NCBI GenBank assembly: GCA_976226885.1
Contig: OZ320313.1
Coordinates: 29,698,001 to 29,762,000 of the forward strand
Length of the DNA stretch: 64,000 nt
Reading direction: 5' to 3'
Origin: Iphione sp. A-MEVVRFRX5
Taxonomy: Eukaryota
A model generated the notes under the pieces. That model was not told the origin of the DNA and did no database searches. It saw only the letters and a program-made list of their open reading frames with translations. The position numbers and the translations under genes are program-made. Positions 25,502-37,971 of the stretch are shown in pieces; the first letter of the stretch is position 1, and each line of letters starts with the position of its first letter.

Positions 25502-26399
25502 ATGGTAACATTGAGAACATCATGTAGAAACAGAAGCGCAGTATATATTACGCTGTATTTTCTTTTTTACGCACAGTTTATTTTGCTTTTGTGTGACGTT
25601 CCTTCCCCTAGTAAACGATTTGGGGGAAATACGCCGTTCGTGATAACTTCTGTTTGAATATTTATGTACGGTTGTCTTTCCCTTTCGGACAATTATATCC
25701 TGTAAATCTTCTGGTTGCTTTATTTCCAAATGATTGCACATTGACTATATTGAATTTGTTTTGGGCAAAGAGAGTAGGCCCATTCAGTTTGATTGCCATC
25801 ATTTACCTTAACAGTAACCTTCCTCTCTATAGTATTGGTGCAGCTAAAATCCATGTATTTTAACTGTATAACACAACATACACAGCACACACGGTGTTAG
25901 CAATTTCATTATCATGAAGTGCGTGTATTGGAACAGATGTATCCCAACCTACATTTGATATTGTACATCTGGCTAAGAAATAGGGAACATCTGCATGCTA
26001 TTACTGTACACAACCCTAGCGTAATACATTATGCTAGCGATTCGGTTACGTCATCTGAAATGAGTGTTTATATGAATACATGATGTACCTCGCTCGTAAA
26101 AGATTACGCTATCGCGTGTACGCGAAGGCATGTAGTCCCGATTGTACAATCATATACGTATGTTTGGAACACGTATTTACACTTATAGGACTCGCTATTA
26201 TGAATTGATGCTGCAAACCCCTACATCAATGTAAATGGCGGTACGGCGGTCCCTAACGACTCCCCACAGATTCAGTCATTCAGCGAGTACATTATGAGTA
26301 CTTTGAGATCTTTCACTCATACGTTATCCCCCTTTAGGAGTCAATCTTGGCAGTGATGACGTCATCTATACACATAATCACCATCCAAGATCCGCCTTA

Positions 26400-27540
26400 A
26401 TCCCTAACTGTATAACGACTTTCACGGGTCCGGCACCCTGAGCATAACAAGCCAGCCTGTACGTAACATCACACAATCTAGCCGATCGTTTGACGTACCC
26501 CGGGCATTAATAACGCCCACCACCAATCCGAGGGCTTCAGGTGAACACGTGGAACGTGCTGTCGCCATCTCGGAGTCAGAACGATGGCCGAGGCGTTGGT
26601 AGTGATGATGATGGTTGTTACGGTGGCTGGAATGAAGTCGTTTTGTCATAGAAGTAAGGGTGATACAGAGGTGGAATGGTGATTCGGGAACGGGGTTGCT
26701 AGCGTTCGTTAAAATAACGGTTTTGACACCCAATGACGCAGGTGGTCACGATATACACGTGTAGTTGCTGGTGATGCTGATAGTGGTGTTTGCGCCCATC
26801 GTGCTGATAGTTCTTGGTATTTCAGGGGTGTTTGTTGAAGGGAAGGCAAGCCGGGTTGGGCGATTGGTTTTTAGGAGGGAGGGGACGGGGAGTGGTGTCG
26901 AGGACGGTGGTCCGGAGGGCGTAGATCCGGCTTGGATTTTTCGTCACTTTTAGCCGCCACGCTGGATGCTGATGATCCACCGAGACGCGTTAGATAGATG
27001 ATCGCCGGACCTGACTGGCCGTAGATCAAGCAGCTGCCTCCTCCACACATCCGCCTCGCTTTCTTATCATCGGCTGGCCTCCGCCCAAGCGTTCAGAACT
27101 GAACGCCGTCTACAGGCCCCCCACCACTGAACCCTTTCCAGCCCTGAATTTTACCCCTCCCTCCCTCCCTGCCCCCCACCAACCTTTTGGCTCGGTCCAT
27201 TTAAGTCCGAGCGGTTTCAGGATACGCGTTGGATGCCTATCTCATCGCCCAGCGCCTTATCCGTCAGCATGGTTCCGGTCCATATGCTCCCGGTTGTACC
27301 CGGTCCTTCTTGCTTCCGAGCTGTCTATAACGATTATCCCCATTTTTTTCTCCTCCTTCTTTTTCCACCAACTCATGCCCCCCGCGCCCTCCGCCTGTCT
27401 GCACCCTCTTGCCCACCTACCAACCTATTCACGTCGTATAAGCCACCCGCGACCAGCAGAGGCCTGTGAGCGATATCTTGGATAGGAGGGAGGGGTTGGC
27501 TAACTTAAGGGGCATGACCTGCTCACAAGCGAGCTGCTTC
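26400..27540. promoter_or_regulatory. Intronic CpG-rich island next to GA/GT microsatellites; promoter-like
   Basis: High CG density, C-rich and G-rich tracts, and (AG)n at 27568-27636. No transcript evidence. Confidence 0.35.
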
Positions 27541-27567
27541 GCTCAGATGCTACATGGCCACTAAGAC

Positions 27568-27579
27568 GAGAGAGAGAGG

Positions 27580-27636
<57 letters not shown>
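27568..27636. repeat. (AG)n microsatellite followed by a G-rich tract and (TG)n
   Basis: Directly visible. Confidence 0.98.
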
Positions 27637-27642
<6 letters not shown>

Positions 27643-30600
27643 AGAGGTAGGGAGAGAGGGAGGGAGGGGGACTCTGTGTGTGTGTGTCTGTGTGTGGTAT
27701 ATGTGCGTTTGTGTGTGTCGAGAGGTCTTAGAAGAAGTGCAGCGGTGTGGGGTCATGCTGATCAAGTAAAGGGTGATGAGGGTAGACACGAAAGGAGTAC
27801 TATGCTAAGGATATATGGGTCGATATTTTGCTCTCGATGTTTTTTTCCTTTTCATCCCTTGACTGCCTGTCCTTAATGGGCCCTCAAAAGACACTTTTCA
27901 CCCAAATGTCCTCCCAGATCTACAATGCTACTATGCCTATCGAAATGAAAGTAGCCCCATAGTTTTAGTTACGATATCAGTCCAGCAACCTTGCCAAGGA
28001 TTAGAATAGTCAGGACCGAAGTTCCTGTGAGGGACTGGTCCAATGTTTGTGGGTGTTAAAACACAAGATGATTCACAGGCAGATCTAACGCGATGTGATA
28101 TCGACGGATGTAACCTCAGCGAGGCATGCACCTCCAGTGAGGCGTGTAACGCGGGAAAGCTATGTTCTATATATACGCGCTGCCCCAACGACCGCGTCTA
28201 ATATATCTTTTAAGACCTGCCCACAAAACTTCCTTATCTACCTTCCCGCTAGGGGGGCTTGCTGTTCGGAACCCGCACTAATTAATGTAGGCGGCCTTGC
28301 CGCATGGCCTTGCAGTGAGGCGTTCACCGACGCACCTTCAGAGCATGAGATATTCGCCGTAATTTTCACACATGATGGCCCCAGGCCCTAGGCGGGCTAT
28401 TAACTTGCTTCCAGTGACAGTATTATGGGCACGCCAAGTGAGGCGCCGCCACTTGAGGGGCCACCTCACCATCAGAGAGGTCACACCGGCCTTCGTTTCT
28501 GTATGACCGTGTCGCAGTAGACCAGTTTACCAGGTCTTGATGGTTCTGCGCTGAAAAAAACACCCGCATGCGTTTCGTTTCGCACATCCGCGCCGATTAG
28601 GCCTGGTATGTATCTCCCAAGAAACGCAGTGTGAGCAGCTCCTCTTAGAGTGATGTCTTCATAAATGCTCTGCTGTAGACCAGCTAGGCTTAAAGACCCA
28701 TGCTCACATTAGTGTTTCGCGTAGGCTAGCGCAGTATTGAGTAAAACACGTTATTCGTCTCTGCAGTGAGTCCGTGAGAGTGTACATATACTTTATTTAA
28801 TTGATACTACTGGTAAGTCAGCCATTATTAAGGCGGTTTTTTCCTTGTTCAACTTGATTTCTTTGGTTAAAAGTAGCCGCAACGTGAAATGTACTGGAGC
28901 CTAACCATATGTCCGCTCATAATGCATGCGACTAGATCATGACAGCTAGTGGGTTGATTTCAACACCAGTGGTTCATAGGCTCCTTATTTAGGCTCCACA
29001 AGGCAGATACTGTCATCTGTAATGTGCATTAAGCCTGATATTTCCATGACCCCGTGTTTGCATGTCGGTGGTGCATTTTTGAAACAGAGAGACCATATTT
29101 CTTTGCTTAGAACGTACTCTAATCAAAGCAGTACAGATTCCATGTTGTCAGAGCAGAAAAGGGCGACGAAATGGCGCATACATTGACACTAAAGCTTAGG
29201 CTTCCTTTTTTAGTCAATCAATCTGCCTTTTCAGACCTAAGCATATGGCGTTTCTTTGTAGGATAAACTGATGGTGCCACTGAATAGTTGCAAACACATA
29301 CAAGGGCAGTAAACCTTGAACATTTGAAACGTTCTCCTCTAGAAACTGGAAAGAATGTTTGTATGATCCATTTTAATGTGCATGTATACCAACCTGTCCA
29401 ATGTTCAAAACCACAAAGCCTTTTTATTTATCGAAGTTAAGTCGATGGTATTTCCTGCTTAGGGAGAGCCGAAAAATGTTCATTATACAGCGAAGAGCAT
29501 TTCGTCTACTAGGGAGAAAAGTAAGATATTGGCACTTTGTGTCCGCCGTTCAGTGCTATTGGTAACGTCATCGTTCAACAGGACTATTTTCAGACCGCAG
29601 TTTTATGATACGGTTTACAGTATTGCGCTTAATGTCACGTGCTTTAGTTTCGAGGACCTTTTAGCTTTGTGTACCGTCCTCCAATGGCTGTTCAAGGTGG
29701 TCGTCTATCTTTCAAGCCTGACAAATTCAAATACGCAAAAGCGCTCCTGTTACATGGCCAAGAACCACGCCAAGGCCTCCCTGCAAGGATTATTTATTGA
29801 TTTTACAGAACTTAACAGATAAGACGCGATAACCGCGCCCAAAACATTGCCAGGTCTTAATCAATGGCGTATTTTGGAGAGTCCTAAGCCAACTGAAAGT
29901 CAAATATGCAAAGATTTATTTCGGGAAACCTTGTCGATACTTTTTGTTCGCCTGGAGAGCAACAATATCATGAGTTAAACCGTGACTGTTCTTGTTGTTG
30001 TGCCCGAATATGCCTAACTTGCAGACAAATATGACTCGCGGAGAGAATCCTGTCCCTAATCTAAACCTCAGGAAATGATTTCCAAATGCAGTGCTAATTG
30101 TAGAGACGTTCCTCAGATATTAATGCTGGGCCATTCCCCTCCGGAGGGTGATGGACGTTATTAAGGTGACCTTTCTCAGTCATCGCCATTCCAGACACTG
30201 AGCAGTTTGCACCAGATCCGCAGCAGCTGACGCTGTCGTCGCCGCTTCTATTAACGACAATATTTGAGAGACGGATGAGGAAGGAAGATTGGATAGATGG
30301 CTTCCTGAGTTGGGAAGGGTAGCAGCAAGTATAGTATGTCGTGCTCTAAATTCATGCTTCTTCGATAGTTTGAAATATGTTATATACAATATTCTCCGTG
30401 TCGGGAAGCAGAATGAATTTTTCATTCGGCACAGCCCCCAACTGTTACCTCAGTGATACCCAAGGTAGACTCAGCTAAATAAATGTCCAAACACGAGTCT
30501 TTTGCATAGACTTGCACTTTATCAATTTAGGAAAGGTTCCGTCACCACTTGCTGCCCATTTTGTCGTTACTGGTAGCAACCACAGAATTGTCGATACTGT

Positions 30601-33245
30601 TTATATACATGGTATATGTAAAACTGGATGTGCGAGGACACTCTATGCTTGAAGCCGAGACAGATGACTGAGAGTAACGATTTCAGGTAAATTAATTGCG
30701 TAAGAGTACATCGATTGAAGTCAGTCACATGATGGCCCTTTTATGTTACGCTGCAATTTGTTACAGGTGTTAGTATAAGTTCCTTACCTGATCATTGTTA
30801 CCTCTCTTTCATGTAATCCCTGCCTCCTTCACTGAAGACGTATTTCCGGCTTACCACACCGAGGTTAATTGAAAGACATCGTCACAACCACATTCATGAT
30901 AATGTATTCCTCACCACGAATAACGCCCTTATAAGGGCGAGTGCTGGAATAAAAATGTTTTTAATGTCAATGTCAATAATGGCACAAATATATAATTGCA
31001 CAAATATTAAAATCAGTTGCACTATTACTTCTGTTCTTTGCCTCAGCATAATGGCATTCGATATAATGACAATTTTTCCATGATATTCTTTGTCATTTTA
31101 ACGAGGGAGGACTGTAATGCCGTTTTAGGTTTGCCCTAGCTGCTCAATATGCTCCGTACCACAGCTTTGCATAATGAATGTTGCTTTTCGTCCCGTTCTA
31201 GGGATGGCTAATTATCCGTATACAAGTCATTGAGAAATAGATCTGTTGATACCAAGAGTACGAACCTTTCTTAATGAGCTAAACCATAGGTATTTCCCAC
31301 AGTATTTACAACTGTGCCAGAATCGAGGTAATTGTTTTCTCTGCGATCTGCCTCCCCAAGATCTTACCGTTTCTTTCATGATACTAACACTGCATATTGT
31401 AATATGATTTTTGTAATCTGTTTGTTTGTACCCAAAACTTAGGGGCGTTTTAAAATTTAGTGCTCATAGTGGAGGAGAACTCGAGCTTCAGGTTCTCTTC
31501 AGCAGTGCCATGCCTCACCCTACACTCTACATTTTACCTGTAGCGGCGCGTAAACGATTTCAAGTAAAGGCCGTGTTGTACACGTTGCTTCAGGTGAAAG
31601 ACCAACCTCGATGGAGCTATTGATGCCGTCAGGCCTTTCATACCTTTATACCACTCCACAGGACCTAGACACGGCTATATTCAAAATACTTGTACTAGAG
31701 AGGCATCGATGAATATTTTAGGATCTCAGGGATTTGAGACTCCGCTATACGCCTATCCCCATGAGAAATGGTCGTTATCTGTGTAAATGTCTCTGTCTGT
31801 CTTCATACTTTTGTCAGTTTAAATGACACCTTATGAACCATCAAACCAACTGTTTTCAGAGGGCGCATTTTAGGAATTGAGAGCAACATTTTATGAATAA
31901 CATCTTCTAAAGTCGTATAACTGCCCTGAGATTGTGCTGAGTGTGGCACTAGGTATTTACGAGCCCACCAGCTGCATATTCTTACAGTACCTACCGACTG
32001 CCTGCTATTGTTGTAATTATCAGCTGCATATTCGTAGGCTACCCATCCCCTGCATGGTATTACCTTACCTACCAACTGCGAATTCTTATGCTACATCTTC
32101 CTTTATTTTCACTTTGACAGTGCTGAGAATGAATACAAGTTGAAAAGTATAAACACTCGATATGATTCATTACCTTATATGGTTACGATTATCGTTGGTG
32201 CTTCATCATACTTTTGATATACTACTTATGGCTTGAAACCCTCAGAACTAAGATATCTTGGACACCAGCTACGGAAATGAGATTGATATCTCTGATTGTC
32301 AGAACAGCTGTTTAGGTAGCGTCTTGTTTTGGGGGTTTTTTTTGGCTTTCTGTAAAACATGCCTCCGTAGTCTTTGCTTTGCTCGGTGCCTTGGCTGCCA
32401 CTCACAGAAGTCGGCATGTATCCTGAATGTAAGAAATGCGTTCTTTGCACAGCATTACGCAAGACATTTGTCAAAATGGCTGTCTTCACAAAAGAGAACA
32501 GCCAGCCCGTTTATCATAACATTTTCCTTCACATTTCATTCCTCATGTTTCTCTGGCCTTTTGCTCGAAGGAATATGATGACCAGAAGGCCAAGCGGCCT
32601 TTTTGCTAAAGGAAAAATCTAAAAAATAAGAAAGGTTGGTAGTGCTGGCTGGACAAATAGGCTTCCGTAAATAGACTTGCAGTGATCTTCATCCACCAAT
32701 ACCGCGGCACACTGGATCGGGGAGAGAGTCTGTCGCTGCTGTAGCTTTGATCCAACTTCGCAATAGAATCATATGCTTCCAGGCCCGCGCTAAGATATTG
32801 ATTGGTTTGATTTGGGAGATAGAAGGGGGTGGAGATTTTTCAGCAAGCCAACCGGACGGTGACCGGATGGCCACTGTCGGCCTCCCACTGACGTCTTCAC
32901 CCGCTCCTGCTGCCATCGGCCTTAGGGAACTCTGCCCGGTTTTATAATAAGGTGGTGTTGCCTTACACCAAGCAACCCATGCGGCGAGAGGTCTGTGCGC
33001 AGGCATGCGTGGCCTCCTTGTAACACCCCCTAGAGTGTGTGCAGGACCGGAATCGACAGCGATATAGACAGGCTACATGCCTCCGCAGCCAAGTATTGAC
33101 TTATCAGTAGACACGAAGTGCGGAAAAGGCGCTTCAGACAAGCGCCGACAAACCCCAGGGTCACATCTGCTATGGCCTCCGTCGAGTGCGACGTGCCTGT
33201 GTAAATAGACACCCTCTCTACCGGCTGCACTACGAGGAAATCGCA

Positions 33246-33343
33246 ATGAGTAGACACAGACATGTCAGGCACACGCGGGAAGGTTCACACGATGCTGGAA
33301 GAGAAGGCGGGGCAGAGGGTCAGATGCGTGGGTTTTTGACAAG
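33246..33343 (+). CDS. Candidate alternative first coding exon: MSRHRHVRHTREGSHDAGREGGAEGQMRGFLT(R)
   Basis: ATG 33246 (GCAATGA), donor AAG|GTATGA (GT at 33344), phase 2, in a local GC/CpG-rich patch (about 32700-33340). Confidence 0.45.
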
Positions 33344-35249
33344 GTATGATAACAGAATGATACATTACCATAACGGTCGTAACAACTTTGCATCTACAAA
33401 ATTGCCACCAATAATCTTAAAAGCATTCACCCCTCCCCTCTACAAGCAGAAGCAGAAGTCAATAGAACAGTCTTAGTGATCCCAATTAATCATGGCGGAT
33501 AGTTTACCCAAGTAGCGAGGTTATTGTTCATTCCAGCCTTACGGACAACAATTTATACAAATTCTAGTATTTTGCAGTGGGGGTCTCATTTCCTAGGACC
33601 TTCTTATTTAACCTTGCCCTTCCGGTTAGCTGATGGCTTGTGACATTGGTCGACCGAAATGCTTATTAACTGGAAGATTCTACCGTCCTTGCCCTGCTTG
33701 CAGCCCTGCAATATACGACCTCCTTGACCCATCCGTCAAGCTAAGCTGGTTAATATTGCCGTCGCTTTCTGGTACAGCTATCAGTTTCTCTGATTGTGCT
33801 CTGTAAGAATCATACACCAGTCAATATTGCGACAGATTGTGAAGGAACAGGCATTCCCGGGAGTTAAGCGTGGTCCAGTCGAACCATGAATAGCTCGCGG
33901 TGAAACTGGATGGAAGGGTTTTGACATATTTCACTTTGACTCATAGCTTCCTTTTAGTAATATTCCTCTGTTAACAAATAGAGACGTGTTTAGATCCATT
34001 GGCCAGCGTGCAACATACGAGCGGAACGCTGCAGCATACATTTGGGTTTATATCCAGTAAGAATATTCCTAATGGCCACCTCTCCCAAGCGGACACCTCC
34101 CTGTCATAAAGAAATGGCTTTGGAACAGATGGTCTTCTTCTATACATAAAACCACTTCATCCAGTGGTTACCTCGCTTTATGGTAATTTGTTGGTTTGAA
34201 ACAATGATGACCACTACCGATAGCGCCCCCTTTATTGATTAACATACATTGTATACAGTTACACCAATCACTCATTGCATAAAAAGGTTATTTAGCTCAT
34301 TATATAAACAGAGTGCTCAGGGCGACACAACGTGATCTTTGGGTAAGTTCAATCACATCTAGCCACGGAATGTTTCAAGGAATGTTTAAAGTTACTCCGC
34401 ACGTCAGAATATGACAAAGTGCCGTTGGCACATGTGCATATTGTTATCTGTCATCGGAATACCGGAGAGCAGTGAGCTGTCAAATCAATACGGCTGTTCC
34501 AGACATGATAAAGCGCAGCCATCGTGGGAGAAGATCCAGAAATATACATTCTATTCGGAAACTTAATAAAGCTGAAGGCGGCTTGAATGAGTTATGATGA
34601 TAGTTATTATATATATATATCAAATAGTACAATTTGAAAGATGATGCTAAATGAAATCCATGGATCCATAAGTAAAGCTATGCCGTCATACTTCGTGATT
34701 ATTCCAAGCTGAATGCACCCTTCTAGTCAATGAATGAAGGGAAATAGGGTTCGGGCGTCCTTTTATATTCAGGGGATTCAGTTTATTTGTATACGTAGTA
34801 AGGTTTCATTCAGCAAGTGTCAATGGCATATGGGTCGCAATAAGCAAGCAAGGAGTGGTACCCATTACTTTTTTGTTCATTAGCCGTCTTCTTCATGTGA
34901 GTAAGCTTGTTGGAAAAGTCAGTATTATTCTTTACATAGCCATTCTTCTTTCTTTATCAGGCAACATGAAAAAACATAATTATGAGGCTCTTCTATAAGA
35001 AGAGAGTTCCTCACGTACCACAAGAACACCAAGAATGATTCGCTTAATTACGTACAGTACATGCCAGATATTGTGCAGATGCATGTTATCGCGCGTGGGC
35101 GGGCCTAATAGGGATTACTTTTTAGTATTTTTTCTATTGTACTTTCGATAATCTCACTAATTACAACTTGTTCAGAAATTGCCAAGCCCCCTCTCGTCAC
35201 CTCCCCACTGAAACATTTGCTGCTAGCTGCTTCCTGCCAGTCCTTGGCC

Positions 35250-35434
35250 ATGCCCGCTCCCCACCTCCGCAAGGCTTCCTATCATGCTCTGGACGTTGCC
35301 ATCGACAGGAAGCAGCCATCAGCTACTTCCGGTGATCAGGCGGATGCGGATATGACGGCAGGAACCAGACGACCACCCCGGCTGCTGGACTTTGGCCGAG
35401 GAAAAGAAAGGGGAGCGATCGAAAGAGACATAGA
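35250..35434 (+). CDS. Candidate alternative first coding exon: MPAPHLRKASYHALDVAIDRKQPSATSGDQADADMTAGTRRPPRLLDFGRGKERGAIERDI(E)
   Basis: GCCATGC start, 61 open codons, donor GA|GTAAGT (GT at 35435), phase 2. GC-rich against AT-rich flanks. Confidence 0.5.
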
Positions 35435-37908
35435 GTAAGTGCGTAGGAGAGTATGAAGGAGTATCTGAGTATCGGAGGGACTCAAGGAGTGACAGACAGA
35501 GAAAAGACGCAACGCTGGAAGATTCTGACTCCATTTTCATGCAATGGTTTATTCATATATAGTGGATCACCGGGGATTTAATCCAAATACATGTAATTTG
35601 AATACGCTGTAGTCTCCTTAGTACAATGTACATGTATATGTAACCGGAATGCTGTTGTGTACACAGAGGAAACACTAATGCACAGCACAACAGTGAATAT
35701 AATCGTTGGACTAACCTTGAAGGCGGATGGTTGATATCCTGATATGGTTTGAACGCATTGTAGAGGTCGAAGAAGCTCAATAAAATGTTCTCTTTATGTC
35801 GCCATTCAACAAAACTACTTGTATGTTGTTCATATTGGCAATTGTCATCCCTCGCTTTTCTCACAACTTCCATATCAGAAAAAATGTTCAAATGTGAGGC
35901 TTAATCATGAGCATTGGGGGCCTTGACAGCTCTAAGTGGTCATAAAAACGTCGCCTGGTTAGAGTGTCGATGTTTGTACTCGTCATGGGCCACTGTCCCT
36001 TCGACGTTGATGTCACCCTAACAGATCCAGTTGTATGTTCATGCATCACCACGTACATTAGTGCTTCATACTTTCGCTTTACTAATGGGAGTCGGGTCCA
36101 GATGTTCTGATATCTTGTATGGATTTTGTATATATGTGTGTTCCGTTGACTTGAAGTTTATGTTCGCAAACACAAATATTCGTATAAACAAATATAACTA
36201 TATAAAAACGCAACTGATGACAGATACCTTAGGGTATGGAGGCGGGATGGTAACTGGACGTTTTTCTGAGCCCGGAAGGACTGTATATGAAATTACTTAT
36301 GTAAAATATATGTACCCATTCTTGAGGGGAATGTTTATTTGAATATTTTACTGCAGTCGAGCAAACCCAAACAAGCTTAGGGACATGCAATCCTGTTCCC
36401 TCCCCTACACTTCAAAGATTCAAGCACTTCTGAAAAAACAGTTCCAACTATATAGCTCGTGTAGAGAGGAGCAGACACTCCATGTTTATTCAGCGAGCAG
36501 AAATGTTCAACACACTCCTACCAAACGACGCCATTGTCCTTTTGATATCCTGATACAATTTGAGAAAAGCGAATGCTGCCAGTATATGTTAGCGAGCGCA
36601 GGTCTCATGAGCCTCAAGCCCCTTTCACAGCACTCATGTCACATACGACCGTCTAAAAGTGTTGTTACATAACTGCACTGTTGACTGCATCAATGTGTGG
36701 CGGGCATCGAATATCGTTCTCGCCATCGCTGAAGGGCCACGCGTCTACCACAGTTACCACGGGTCTCATTTATCGTAGTGGTTCATAGTCTGTTGGCATC
36801 GAACGTAACGTTTGTTCAGCCATATAATACAGTAGCCAGCCGTGGGCGATAATAGGTTCATATCGAGCGCTGCAGCTGGAGCTATCGAACATAATGGGTC
36901 ACGAGCGCGCTATGAGCTGCTCATGTCCAGATGTATTCAGTGTTTACCCCGGTCATTTAACCTCGCAGCGTTCTGGCGAGCATGCCATCCATAAAGCTAT
37001 GCCGCAATACGATATCTTGACGTGGAGGTTTTCTTTTACCGAGCTGTCAGATTGCTCTCAGCAGCCATCTGAATATCAGCAGTCATCCGACTTAACCACC
37101 GTGGAAAGCTCGCTCAACTTCAAGCAGTGAATGGTTTATGTGGATGGCGTCCATTAGTCAAAGTTTTGCAGCTGCCCTGCCAGCCTTCATCTACATGAAG
37201 GGTCATATATTTAAGTTGAGTTAGTAACCACAATAAAAAGTTAACAGATATATTGCATTCAGTTAACATACACTCAGTCTAAAGCAGTACCAAGATATAC
37301 CAGATATTTCCCTGTTGTGTGCTTATTGATATCTCTTATTGGTAATGCTTTCTGAATGTCAGTATTTTAAGTCGTCTTCACGATTTGCCTTTTGCCTTTT
37401 GTAGTGACCAAACGCATACATGGAACTGCATGTGAATGTGGCTTGAATTGTAATATGTTAATCGTATTTACCCGTTTACCTGTCTACCCATGCACTTTGT
37501 TTAACCACCAACTACCTAGCCATTGTGAAATGATGTTGATTTTGGATCATGTTTTATCACCATTCAATTGCATGAAGTCTTAAAAGTTTCACACCTTTTA
37601 GACTGAATTACATCCATTTGTTTATGATATCACGGCCTACATAATGCTTGAACCGATTAATTTGCAGTTACCCGCAAGAGTAGCCAGTTCGTTCGATGCA
37701 AAACCATTTAAATTTGCAGCCAATGTTGCCTCATTTCTAGTATTTAAGGTCGATGATATGCTATATATTCACCCCATGGCCCACAAATAATAATAAGAAT
37801 TGAGTCACCTTTACCTAATTGTTTTGTGTTTCCCTTTGCTTTTGACAAAAAAACTTACAGCAATGTAAGAATTTTGATGCCAGTTGCCTGTTGTTGTCCG
37901 TGTTATAG

Positions 37909-37971
37909 TGCTCGTTACCCTACCGGCCGTCGTAACTCCCTCTCGGATTCGACCCGCCTGCTCACCGACGG
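37909..37971 (+). CDS. Candidate 63-nt symmetric (phase 2-2) cassette exon: ARYPTGRRNSLSDSTRLLTD(G)
   Basis: Acceptor TTGCCTGTTGTTGTCCGTGTTATAG (AG 37907-37908), donor GG|GTAAGT (37972). Length 1+60+2, open in the required frame, and codons mostly end in C/G. Confidence 0.55.

Noticed and set aside
25332-27789. ORFs with ERERER, LSLSLS or CVCVC runs
   Set aside because: Translations of microsatellites.
30195-30318. Exon-like frame ending MRKEDWIDGFLSWEG in phase 2
   Set aside because: The donor GTAGCA is weak and nothing else supports it.
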